Shown here: positions 25,330 to 38,526 of the stretch, piece by piece
Layout: each line of letters opens with the position of its first letter
Numbering within the stretch: position 1 is the stretch's first letter
Assembly (NCBI GenBank): GCA_000165425.1
Contig: CT868196.1
Coordinates: forward strand, 124,001 to 188,000
DNA: 64,000 nt
From: Paramecium tetraurelia
Taxonomy: Eukaryota
Direction of reading: 5' to 3'
Position numbers and translations under genes: made by a program
The notes under the pieces: generated by a model
The model's database searches: none
What the model was told of the DNA's origin: nothing
The model's input: only the letters and a program-made list of their open reading frames with translations

Positions 25330-27348
25330 TCAATTTTCACAAAAGGTCCAATCGTTTAATTTATTCCTCGTACTTGTTTTGCTAAAAGTAACTTTTCTAG
25401 CATCCTTAGGTTCATGAAAGATCAAAGGTTTTGGTGGCTTTAACTTTTTATTATAGCAATCTAACCAGTTCAAATCATTAAACCAAGGATGGCTTTTTAT
25501 TTCTTTCGCATCTTCCTTACATCCTAATCTTCGCTTAGGATCTCTGATCAATAATTAAATTATTAAGTCCTTGACCTCTGGACTCAAGTGTCGTGGTAAT
25601 CTAAGGGGAGCTCTTTTAATGTTTTCTTTTAATATCTCTTTCTCAGCATCATAATAAGGTGGAGCTCCAACCAATAATTCATAAATGAAGATCCCGAGCA
25701 TATACCAATCAACTTAACGACCGTGTCCTTTCTTCATTAACATTTCAGGAGCCAAATAGGCCAATGTTCCACAAAAAGATTGGTTTATCATTTCTTCATC
25801 TATCCCTTGTTTAGACAACCCAAAATCGGTTAATTGAGCATGTCCATCAATGTCTAAGACAACATTTTCAGGTTTAAGATCTCTAAAAATGATACCTTAT
25901 TTATGCAATGCTTCTAAGGCCAATGTAATTTCAGCAGCATATATTTTGACAATATCCTCTGGAAAATTGTTAACTAATTCTAAATGAGTTGCCAAATCTC
26001 CTCCAGGACACAAATCCATTACAAGATACAAATGATCTAAAGTTTAGAATGCATAATTTAATTTAACTATAAATGGATGATTCATAACCTTCAGAACATC
26101 CTTTTCAATTTAAGCAGAATTTATAATATTTGAAGTGTCAATATCTTCCTTTTTCAAAATCTTCATTGCATAATACTTTTTAGGTTCTTATCCTATTTTG
26201 TCAACCATATAAACTTAACCAAATCCCCCTTCTCCCAATTTCTAATAAAACTGAAAGGACCCTGGGCCAATCTTATTCTTTTCATGTTCAGAATTGGTTG
26301 TTTGTCCATTACCTTTAATCGAGACCCTAGAAAACGATACGGCAAAATCCATAATCTTTCCCCAAGTAGTTCTATTTTAATTATTATCTAGGTTTGTGAG
26401 AGATTGGTTTTATTATTCATTATTAATCTATTCTTGTTTAATTTCATTTTCAATGTTCTTCTTTTACTATTATTAGGCTAACTTTAAAAATTTTTAGACG
26501 TGATCTCTTCTACTGTTTTGTAAAACCAAATTCTATTCTTTAACAACAGTTCTAGTATAAGTAAAATTATTGAGCGAGATTCCATATTTATTAAAAATTT
26601 CGATTATTCGAATATCTGAAGTCATCTCAATAGGAGTCAAGTGTTAGTAATTCTTTATATCATGGTTTGCTTTCTTCTCTAATAATATTGTACACACTTA
26701 ATCATTTCCATGTAATGAAGCTATGTGCAATGGTGTATTTTAATCTGAATCTTAGGCATCTAAATCGGCTCCAAAGTTGATCAACAAGTCACAGATCGTC
26801 AAATGGTTTTTCATAGCTGCAACATGCAATGGGGATTTCCCATCCAAAGATAGCAACTTTGGATTGGCTTATTAATGCAATAGGAGTTAAACGATCTCAA
26901 CATTGCTTTATAGACAGGCAAAATGAAGGGGAGTCCAATCATCCAAATCTCTATTTTATTATAACTTTAAGTACCTTATATTTAAATCTATATAGAATTA
27001 AGGATGAGCCAGGAGTTCATATACTTTATTATTCTCATTTTATTAGACTAATAACACTAAGTGCTCACTAATTTCTCTACTATGTTTCCAGTAATTCTTC
27101 CAAGCAACATCCTTCGAATCTGCTATTGGAAATTTGTACTCTTCTAATTTCCTACAATCTATAGCAAGTCCTGTATCTCTATTTAAAATCTGGAACTCCT
27201 TCTCATCTTCTGGAATTGTTTAGAGTTACGGAACTTGACTTGTCTGATAGGTTTTCTAAAAAGCTTAATAGCATTCCTCAGAGTATCTAAGAAATAGGGA
27301 CTATCTTATACTATTAAGATGCAGGAATGGTAAATTCATTTTACTCAT
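25330..27348 (-). CDS. Ankyrin-repeat AGC-family Ser/Thr protein kinase
   Basis: Ankyrin motifs [24 protein letters not shown]; kinase motifs [44 protein letters not shown] tail KKLKPP. Confidence 0.93.
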
Positions 27349-27569
27349 ATAAATCAAACTAATCTAAAGACTTCGATATTAAATCGAATCTTTTCAAAAG
27401 TTACTTTAATGTTAAAAAACATAAATACTTCTTTCGACATTTTTAAAAATAATTTAAGCTGATTAATTTATATAATGAATCAACTCTTTAATAGTAAATG
27501 GTTATGTAGCATAATAAATATATTACAAATTAAATTAAAATAAAGTGACGAGTTAATTTCAAATTACTT

Positions 27570-30500
27570 TCATTTGAGTTCCTCAATTTTCCTTTCCTCA
27601 ATTCCAGAAAAACCATTTTCCTTTTTACTAATCATGTAATAAGATTCAGAATGTCTTTTTAATAATTTCACTAAATCCATATCATGTGTGATTATAATCA
27701 ATTAAATTTATTATTCATGCTATTTCATCAATTCTATCAATGAGTTAAGTTGTTCAGCCAATGCTAATTTATTAAAATTATTTAATACTTTTTATATGTT
27801 TTCTATCCAAATTAGATGTTGGCTCATCTAGTGCCAAAAAACAACAATTACTACCGAAACATTCCGCCAAAGCCATTCTAAAGACTATTGATGCAAGCAT
27901 CTTTTAACCCATTGAACATCTCCCCTTCATATCTATTTCTGTATTATTCATAGTTCTCATCACCAATCTATAGTTATATTTTTTGGAGATCTTTTTTTAA
28001 TTTGGAATTTCATCGAATTTTACTTCTATGAATTTAATGTCTTATCCATTGTATATTTTCTATCTTTAAAATTAATTAATACCTGCCAAGTATCCAATAA
28101 GTATTTATTGATTTCTTTCATTTTTTAACCATGACATTCAAGCATCGTAGCCTCTAAAATTTATAAATATTTTTTCAAATCACTTATAAATTATTAAGTT
28201 GCCACATACTCACATAACATTTCAAGTCTTTTTTGTTCTGATCCATCATATCTTCTATTGATATCCTTTTTTAATTCCAAAGCTGATTAAAAGCTTTATT
28301 CTAATTTCGACCTTCTCAAATCATATTCTAATCTAAATTTATCCTTTTTCGATATATTTAGTTGTTATGATTAATACTCATCTTATAATTTTTGAATTTC
28401 TTATTGTAGAATCTCTATCTACTCATTCAATTTCTCTTCTGCTTGATCTAGGTCCTACCATTTTTGTAATTTTTATATATAATCTTATAATTCTTAATAT
28501 TATTTTAACTTCTATTATTTTTAATTAATATCTAATTCTAATTACTTCATTTTATCAGCCTCAGCTTAGATTTCCATTTATAATTTTTATATGTAATCAG
28601 CATATTTATAGTTATTCTTACTCTTATTCATTAAGTCTTATTTCTTTAATACTTTCTATTCGAATTAAGGTTATATTGCTTCTAAATTATTCAAGAGTTG
28701 TTTCTTGTTTAGAATAGATTCCATATATTGATCATACTATAACTTTTGTTCTAGTTCTAATTGATTCAATTGAGATTCTATCTATGAGATCTCATAAGAT
28801 TTATCATCAAAGTCTTAAATCACTATTTTTTAATTCTACTATCTTAATTGATTCAACTCAGTTTAAATTCTTAACATACTGTCTTATAATTATTTTGGAT
28901 TTTCATAATTATCTTATAAACCTTCATATTACTTTAATTTATTTTGAATATCCATTTTAGCTTTCTGGAGTTAACTTTAATTATGAGGATTATTTGATAA
29001 TTTTAAAGATCCTTTCAAAAATGAATTCTCTTTTTCCAATTATATTTTTTGAATTAACAACTATTCCTTTTGGGTTTCTTCCTCATTCCCAAGTAATTAT
29101 CTCAATACCGTAATGTCTTAAAGATTTTTTTCCAATTACAACAAAGAATCATTAGCAACAGAATCTCTTTAAGTTGCTTAAATTTCAGCTATTTATGAAT
29201 CTAATTGTCTAATTTTTTCTAAATGTTGATTATTTTGAATCCCTTATTTAATCTTTTCTTTTTCAGCTTTTAGACTATTGATTTAAAGTTCAAATTCGTT
29301 AATTTTAGATTTAGTTTTCGGTAAATTTTGTTGGACTCTATGCTTTAATAGTTCAAAGCAACTTTAATCAGTCGGTTTAAGACATAATAAGCATTTTCCA
29401 GATTGTTTGGAACTAGTAATCTTAATAATTATTTATATATACATATTGGTCAATAAACTCTGTTTGATTGAAGATGTATTTAATTTTATTTTCTTTGACT
29501 TCTCTAAGTTATCTTTTTACGTTTTCTAATTCAAAAGGATCATATTTAATTGCTTTATTGATGGATAATTAATTTTTCAATTCCTCTTTTTGATCATTTA
29601 ATATTTTAATTTATGCTTAATCTTTAGCCATTTAAGTTTTGATTGATTACATCTTTTATTTAATTGACTCCTCACATCTTGAGATGGAGATGTCTCGTTC
29701 TAATTTTGATCCATTTAATTTAATCATGGCTCTCCATCCATTTTCTCGAATTAATAAATCAATTTATGTCGATTTAGAGGATATATTCTCCTCTAATTCT
29801 GATATTTTCTTCACTATTTCTTAGTAAGAATTAATTTGTGAATTTTTCTATGTGATATCATAGCATTCAATAAGATCTTAATTGATTTATTCAAACTCTT
29901 ATTTTAACTTTAGTTTTTCCTTAATTTGCACTTCTTATTATTCAGCCTATCTCTTTTGGAAAGTTAATTATTAGAGTAATAATTCCTTATTTTTAATATC
30001 TTTGTTCATTTATTCTTTTAATTTAAGTTGTTCATTCCTTTGATTCTCATTTATCCTAACTTCAATTAGACATTTCTATTTCCTCTCATTTAAATTAGAT
30101 ATCCTAGTTTAAAAGACAGATTGCGTTTCTTGTTAAGTCTATTACTCTGACTATTATTCAAGTTTATTTTAAGATATCTTTTCTTTAACTTGCTTTAATA
30201 AATTTTCATCAGAAATATTATTAGAAAACATAAATAGAGACCTAATGGAGTCTCTAATTAATTTAACTTCTTATTTCAATGTTTCTATTGAAGTATCAAC
30301 TTAAAGTTCTTATAATTCGATCTTTTTATTTTCTACATTGATTTCAGTAGATTTGAGAGTATCTTAGGAGCTTTTTAATTCAATTTCTAGTTGTTTGAGA
30401 CTGGAAATAACAAAATCCTATTAAGATAATTGATTCAAATCGATATGATCCAATTGCAATTATAATTTGTTCTCTTATATTGAATTCCTGCAGGCAATCA

Positions 30501-31401
30501 AATCAGCACACTCACTCATTCTCTATTAGATGATATTGAAATTGATGTTTGAAATCTATATTTGATTCATTTAGGAATTAATATCTTGGATTACTTTAAT
30601 TTCCTAGATTTTTTCTTCTAACTAATTTTATAGATTAGTTCTCTATCGTTGACCATCATCCATGTCTCTTTTTGAGAATTCCACTTTCTCCATTAGTACT
30701 TTGGCCTTGCTCTCAGCTTCTTTGAGTTATTCCCTGAGTCTAACTTCAATGTTAACCAAATCAGTAGTCTCAAAAAGTTCATCAAAAATCCCTTTTAATG
30801 TTGAATTATCACTAAACATCCAGAGCTATTCTTCCTGATGACACAGGAGAACATTATTCAAAATAGGGACTGAAACTCCTAGAAAACAAGGAATTTATTT
30901 TTCTATATTGGCACAAGTGGAATGCAATGTTTCTAATTTATCAGTCTCCAATGATCTAGTTTATAAGGTAGATCTAAGTGAAGAGAATTTACAAGAATTT
31001 GGAGAATCATATACAATACTAAAATGTCTACGAGCAACAATCTCACGATTATTAATGGACTTAAAACTAAGTTCAATACAGGCATCCGTCTTGCTTTATC
31101 CAAGCAAATGACTATCTGTTAAGAAACTTCTGCCTCTAAATGAATAGAAAATGTTGTTTACTTCTCGGAATTAGGAGGCTGCATCCCAGTAGTGATGGTT
31201 CGGAGTGCTTCAATAATTGTCTATTTTATTATAAATAGGTACTGTCTTTCCACTTCCATTATGACCCCAAATTAGAGTGAGAGGTTGCTTAAAATAGATA
31301 GATTATGACTGTTAAGCTGCTCTTCTGCTGTCCTCTTTGACTTGGCCAACATGACAATAACTTCTAATTCCATCTAATTTCAAGTGAAGTAGAGATGACA
31401 T
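27570..31401 (-). CDS. RAD50: DNA repair protein RAD50 (MRN complex ABC-ATPase)
   Basis: GIRSY...[21 protein letters not shown]-loop [10 protein letters not shown]; long coiled coil with central CLLC hook; YNYRLVM...[10 protein letters not shown]; Walker [18 protein letters not shown]; several short introns. Confidence 0.96.
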
Positions 31402-31433
31402 TTTTAAAATTAATTTATAAAATTACGCGGAAA

Positions 31434-32122
31434 ATGAAAAAGCAAATTCTCTAGTCAGGAGAGAAGGTCATTACCATTGATGATACTATTAACTCAAAAT
31501 AGCCAACACCTGTATAACCAGTTGTTTAACAATTATCTGCCTATTAAATATTTATGAAGGATAAGAAGGAGGAGGGCAGATTCTCACTTCAAGTTCTTAG
31601 TTAAATGTGGAGGGATTTACCTCAAGATTACAAGGAATAGTAATACATATTAAATATTCAAGAGATATTAAGAAAGGGCCAGACAATTGAAAGAGTAGGT
31701 TTAACAAAATTAATTGCCCCCTCCTTAAAGTATGTCTCTTCTATTAACAAATTATCAGCTTTCTTCCCATTGTCTAGATTGAAAACCATTCTCAAAGAGG
31801 ATGACTAGAAGCCACAATTCAAACCAGAAGCATATCAATATATGTTAAAAGCTATTGAAGAATTTGGTGAGCTTTTACTAAACAAAGTAAAGGATCAAAT
31901 TAAACAAGATTAAAGAAAAACAATCAAAGAGGATGATTTAAGTAATCATATTTTATTAATACTCGAGTAACTGTGATCAAAGAGAATCAAGAATTATAAT
32001 TTCTGAATTGTTTAGCCATTCACCATTAAAAAAAGAAAACAAGTTAAACTCAAAATTAATAAGGCAAATCAAAAACTTTAGGTGCATTAGACAAATTTTT
32101 AGAAAACAATAATGGCATATGA
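31434..32122 (+). CDS. HMG-box plus histone-fold (NF-YC/DPB3-POLE4/CHRAC-like) protein
   Basis: HMG-like LSAYQIFMKD...LSQMWRDLPQDYKEQYQERARQLKEQ (after predicted 25-nt intron); histone fold FPLSRLKTILKEDD...EAYQYMLKAIEEF...RKTIKEDDLITVIKENQELQFL. Confidence 0.75.
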
Positions 32123-32154
32123 TTATTCAAATAGCAATTTCATCCATTTTTAAT

Positions 32155-34264
32155 TCATTTTTCAAACAAAGTATTTTTCATCTCTGCTATATCAACTGAC
32201 TAGCTATACTAATCTTAATGAGCTAATTATTTGTTAATTGGTTTCAACTTATTTTCAGTGAATTGATTTTTCTATAATGATATTAGAAAAAACAGATTTC
32301 AACTTCAAATTTTACCTTAATATCTTATTCATACGAATTGTTTCCTAGATAAAACAGTTTTAGATTTGTTAATACCTCTCTAGGCTTGATTTCATGATTA
32401 GACAATTCTTTATATTATTTAAAATTTCTGTTTATAAGATTATTTCTTTAGATTTTAGTTTCGACAATTATAAACTATAGGGATTAATGATAAATTATTT
32501 TTGATTACTTCCATTAAAATATGCTTATAAATTGATAATATATCTATATTCTACATATAATTCCATTTATCATATAAGTTAAAATTGTACTTAGTATTTT
32601 TTCTACAATATATTATTTAGTTCTTTGGATGTGCAATTTCTCCTCTCAGTAGTGCAAGTTAATTGGTTATAAATTCCAAAGGAACAAGGTCTAAATATTT
32701 CTAAAATTTCATTACTCCATGATAATTTATAAATCTTTATTATTTATCTCAATTTCTTTTATAAATACCGACAGTAATCCATTATTAAGATGTTCTTCAG
32801 TTATTTCTAAATTTTATTCTGAAAATGTTGGAAAATTAAAACTAATTTATGTTCCCTTCTTAAATTCTTTGTAATCAAAATCTTCTGGTTTAAGATCAAA
32901 TGTAGTAATTAAGTATTCATCTACAACTTGCTTCACATGTTTTGATCCTAATTAGGTTAGAAATTCATTAAATTCTTAAAAGCTTGGAGAATACAATTTA
33001 ACAGTTTTTTAAGACACTTTTTCTTTAATTATAAATTAGATTGGTAAAAAATCTACACAATAATAAGTTTTTGCATCCTTTTAAGCAACACATTTGATCA
33101 TTCTCTTATTCAAAATCTTTTGAGGAAATTCACTTTTTTCTATATTTATAAATATTCTTACTTTCATTTATTATTATTGCTAAATCTGGGATTGTTGGTT
33201 TAGTGACTAATACTTTTTATTAGGATTCAATTTTTGATGGCACTTAGATTTATTCAGAAATTTACTACTAAGGTTGTACCTTCTATTCAATTTTTTATTC
33301 TACTTTTACTTAATTTTCTGTTTATTTGAATAGTTTATATTTAAGCAGTGTAAAATCAACATTTATCTCTGAAACTATTTCAGCTACTTAAAAGAAATTA
33401 TTATTAACCAATTCATGTAGCCTCTAGGGTGACAATGATATAGTTTAAACATATTAGTATTCTTAAAAATAAATTTCAATTTTCGGAAGATGAATTTTAA
33501 AATATCCTTATCCAGTTTGATTTGATACAATTGTAAAAGGTGCTGGAAATTCATCGTTTGAAAATTTATTGACTTTAGTTTTTAACTAATTTAATCCTTT
33601 ATGCTTCAAAGCTATGGTATTCAATTCTAACAGTTATAAGTTTTTGATAAAAAATTCGATGTAATCTTGATGAGTATTTAGAATTTGTAGAGTTGTATAA
33701 AAATTTAATATTAGACTTTATGATAATTTTCTATTAACCTAATCTTCTTTCTCCTTGATCCAATCTATTTCAAATGATTTTATCAATGCCACAACAGGCA
33801 TTTAATTATATTTATATATTTTCTTATAAAACAACCTTTCATCCTTTTTAACTTCTTCCACATCTTCTCCATCAGTCAAATCAGCAACAATGTTTCTCTC
33901 AACTGGCTATAATCTTGTGCCAATATGTCCGAATTTTTAAGATAGATGATAACTAGATAATCCCTAGAAACCTCTATCGCAAGTTGTTCCAAAGTTTCTC
34001 GTATTGTAATCGAAACTATACATAAATCCTTTATTTAGATATTTTAATTATACTTTAAACTACCATTTGCTTAGAATTACCCTATATCACAGATCTCCTT
34101 TCTAAATGAGGCAAGATCTTTGATTCATTCCTAAAAGATTATACATATTTAGTTTACTAAGAATGACGCTATTATGTGTTTCTTATGTGATTCGGATCTA
34201 GCAGTTTTTGTTGATTAGTAATCAATTTTGGTAATATCTCAAATTAATTACTATGATTATTCAT
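32155..34264 (-). CDS. Hypothetical protein
   Basis: Long code-6 reading from MNNHSNQFEILPKL to ...IAEMKNTLFEK* with short introns; no recognised family. Confidence 0.6.
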
Positions 34265-34705
34265 TAATTATATAAATGTAAATTGAAATAGAAAAATTAT
34301 AATTTTTTATTGATGAACCTAAATATGATCTATATCGTATAGGTTGATAGTGCCTCATAAGCTATCAATAAAATTTGGTTAAGAGTTCTTGTTAGATGTT
34401 TTAGAATACAGAAAAAATTGGATAAATTCCCATAATTGATTTAATAATTTTTTTATCCTGAGTTAACTAATAATACATTACTATTATGTATAAGAAGCTC
34501 TATTTAACTAAAAATATAGCCCAACAATAATAGAACTAAGTGGGAGCTTTGATAATATTTTAATTGTCCCATTTAGTTTATAATTTATTCTCATAATCAA
34601 AAAGCAACAACTTTGATAATATGATGTATTAGATTAAGAATATATTCATTATTTCTATTATAAGATTGTTTATTTTAGAATAATCAACTTGTATTAAATA
34701 TAATT

Positions 34706-35576
34706 TCAGAATCTTAAAAAATACTCTATAAATGGTATTAAAATGGGAGTGTTGGCACTATATTCCTAATACGCATATCCAAAGAATTGATGTAGATAAT
34801 ATTCCTCTAAATAAATTCTCGAAATGAAAAATTTATAGAGGACAGGAATATAAGCAATAAATGCAATAGGATTCTACAAAACTACTTATTATCCTAGAGA
34901 ATAAATGAAGAAACCAAAATAACTAGGGTGTCTGCTGATTCTATTAAATAACCTTATGAAAAATAATACTTGTAAACTCCAGTTGTAATCAAGATATGGT
35001 CTGAAGCTTTTTTACTTTAAACTTAGTGATGGAAACTTTGTTTGGCTGATATAAAAGCTCCAATTCTAAATGAATGTCCAACCAATGTCATTAATACACC
35101 AATTAAAATGAACAAAGAATAATCCTTCTGGAAAAAAAAGGATTCTGCAAAATATTCAGATATCGAGAATGTTATTGCTAAATTATATCCAAAACTATGA
35201 TTGATTAAATAACCTAATTAATAAAAAATTATATACTTCCCCATTTTAATAAATTGAATTTATAGAATGCAACATGCAACATTTCACCCATATGAAATAA
35301 GACTTAATTTAATAAGAAAATGCTGAATCCTACATAATTTTCTTTGATAACCCAAGCAATATAAACAAGGAATCCAAATACAACACAGGTTGCATTGATT
35401 TTTGAAATTTCAATTCCTAATTGTGGGTAAACTTTTGGACTTATTTTCCATGTTAAGGACAATAATGATCCAATTATTAAAATCTGGAATAGCAAATTAT
35501 CAAATAGAAGTAACAAAGTAAGTGTTAGGACTATGATAATCCATTATATTAAATATATTTCTTTATTTATTAACAT
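34706..35576 (-). CDS. ICMT: Protein-S-isoprenylcysteine O-methyltransferase (ICMT/Ste14)
   Basis: YLINHSFGY; GHSFRIGAFISAKQSFHHQVQ...HILITTGVYK; RHPSYFGFF; RIYLEEYYLHQFFGYAYQEY...TPILIPFI. Confidence 0.92.
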
Positions 35577-35613
35577 TATTATTATAATTAAATTAGGAAC
35601 GAGAATAAATATA

Positions 35614-36969
35614 TCATTTAATATGAAAGTGAAATTCTAATTATGGGAAATAAGAAGATTGATTTTTAAGAGGTTTGAAGATCATTATATCTCTACACAT
35701 TTCTGATAATTTAATTTATCTATTAGAATAAGTACTATAGTCTTGAATAAGAATTTCATTTCCAGATTTCTTGTGATTTTTTAAATTCTCAGATCCAATA
35801 TAATTTGAATAATTTCTCATCCTAGTAGTTTTTTATGAAATTTATCTAGGTTTATTTTATTTTTAATTTAATTATTAGAAGTATTGCTCCATAAGAGATT
35901 TAAAAGAATGCTTTTATTAAAAACTTTATGGAAATTAAGCAAATCTATCATTACTGCATATGGAGACTTCCTAATCTTTTTTTTTGGATTGCATTGATTA
36001 ACTAACCTTCTTGTTCCTCAATTAATTAAACGATCTTAATTTTCTCGGTTGGATAGGGGTGATTATGTCGTGTTGTTTGAGAGGATCCTTATCATCTAGG
36101 TGATGAAATTAAGTAATCTCACTTAAATCCAACTTGTTCATAGAATCTTAAATAATTAAAAATATATAATATCTGCTATTTTCATTTTTATAATCAATTT
36201 AATTATTTTGAAGAAAAACTCATTCCTTATGATTGAGTTCTTGTTCAAGCATTTGAATGGTAATAATCTACATTAAATATTAAAGGATGTATACATATTA
36301 TTTGATTTGTTATTCTTGACTCTGTATAATTTTGCTGGTTTATTCTTCAACCAACAGTCTATTTTTCTTTTCTTCATTCAGTTGTCTTTGCAATTAGATC
36401 ACAGATTCGTAATGGAAAGATGGTTTATAAAAGTTTTGGGAAGAATTCAATTGCAAGGATAGGGCTTTGATTAGTTTTTCACAATTTTGATTTAATTGCT
36501 TTTGCCATGAAAGCAATAGAAAGGAATTAATTTAACTACATTTTTTTTTATTAATTTATTCTCCTATCAACTTGAGATTCTTCTACACCTTGTTGATTAC
36601 ATCATCTTCGTTGTTTCTTAACCTAATGCTGACATCTCCTAACTCAGCATTGGTCTCATCTTGTTTATTTTAATCCTACTGAATATTATCTAGATTGCAA
36701 TTGCTATTAACTCTTGAAAGTTAGGAAAGGCTATTATAATTAAATTTATTCGAAAAAGATTAGGATTTTGGTGGAGAAATGGGAGTTGCAGCTCTAAATT
36801 CACACGTGGTCCTTGATATATTTTATTATTGTTAATTCCCTTTGATTTTTGAAGAAATCAATTTAGAGATCACTGATTGCTAATTGGAAAACATTCCAGC
36901 AGATAATTTAGGTGAGTTAAGAATGTATTTCTATTTTTTATGTTTATCTGAGCTATTTTGATGTAGCAT
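35614..36969 (-). CDS. Hypothetical low-complexity/coiled-coil protein
   Basis: Starts MLHQNSSDKHKKQKYILNSPKL; ends ...SYFPQLEFHFHIK*; internal intron structure not fully resolved. Confidence 0.6.
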
Positions 36970-37411
36970 AAAATAAATATTTAATAATTTTTATTCAAGT
37001 TTTTATTGAAAATTAAATAAATGCAGCCTTAACTAATCAATGCGCTAATCACACAACAACATATTTGTAGTTATAGTAATTTTGCACATATAATTTTACT
37101 TTTCGGAATAATATTAATATTTAATTCAACTTTAATTTAATTTGTAAGTAATTTATAGTTATAATGAATTAAAAATTGAAAATGAGTTTTCTAGTGATAG
37201 ACAATATATTTGGAGAATTTAAAAGAATAATCAATGTAAATAAAGTTAACGAAGTGATAAAACTAATAATTTAATGAATTGAGAGACTTCTTAAGTTTAG
37301 ATTGAATGATCTTAAGAACTAGGCTATAATTTGTGAATATAGTAATGATATTATAATTTGAGTTGGATAGTTTTTAATTTGATTCAATTACAATATTATT
37401 TTATTCAAAAA

Positions 37412-38446
37412 ATGTTATTTGTAATACTCTGTTTAATTTCCACTTTAAAAGCATAAGATGAGGATGAAATTGAATATGATGTTGTTGAAACATTACAAAG
37501 TGCTTGCAGATGTAGTTAGATTTTGAGTGAAGTTGATTGCAAACAATTTTGTTTTTGGGTAGCTGATTCTGATGGTAAAACTGGAAAATGTAGAGATAGA
37601 TTATGTAGTGATTATACAGATAAGAGTTCATGCAATGGGGATGAAAAGAATTTATGTTATTTTAATTAAGAATCAAATCAATGCAAAAATTTAAGAGGAG
37701 ACTGCAATAGTTTTGACACTTAGGAATAATGCGAGGCTAAACAAAATTGCTTATGGTAAAATTAGCCAGATGATGAGGGTGTTTAATGTTAAGTTTAGGA
37801 ATAACCAGAAGAAGAAATTCCTGTTATTTGCAATGACATTAATTAACAAGAAGTTTGTGATTAAAGCACAGAATCTAATAGTGGTTATTAATGTGCTTGG
37901 TTATTAAATCCTGTCGAAGAAGTATCAACTTAAACTGCTTCTTCTAATGATTCAACAACTAGACTCTTAAAGGTCGATAACACTGGATATTGTACAAGAT
38001 TCTCAATTAAAAAATGTACAGATGTGAATAATATTGATGCTGATGATTCAATCAAAGAGATGCTTTGTAATAGATTTCCAGAGACTTGTAGATACACAAT
38101 TCAAACATCAAATGGCATCACTGTAACAGGAACCAATTTCAATCTTGTTTCCTATTCTTGTGAATAACGAACTTGCACAGATTATGGAACCAAAGAATTA
38201 TGTGAAAATAACTATATTGTCCCTGATTTCGAAGACTATCTTCATTTATGCAGTTGGACATCTGACTCCTGTATTGAAGGATTGGTAATTGAAAAATTCT
38301 CTCCTTTGAACAGTCCCGATAACTGCTATAAGGAAGAAACTCGGTATTAGTTGACATGGAATCAGGAAATCAATAAATGCACTAAATGTCCAGGAGAAGG
38401 ATATATACTGAGTTTACTATTCAGTCTTTATGTTTTTGCATTATGA
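37412..38446 (+). CDS. Cys-rich, probably GPI-anchored surface protein (mini-antigen-like), 344 aa
   Basis: Signal peptide MLFVILCLISTLKA; periodic Cys with CxW motifs (FCFW, NCLW, QCAW, LCSW); hydrophobic C-terminus GYILSLLFSLYVFAL*; intronless. Confidence 0.85.
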
Positions 38447-38526
38447 TAATATAGATTTATTTATTATATGACAGAAAAATTTAAAAACTCTATTATAAAT
38501 TTAAATAAAAAGTATAGAAATAGAAT

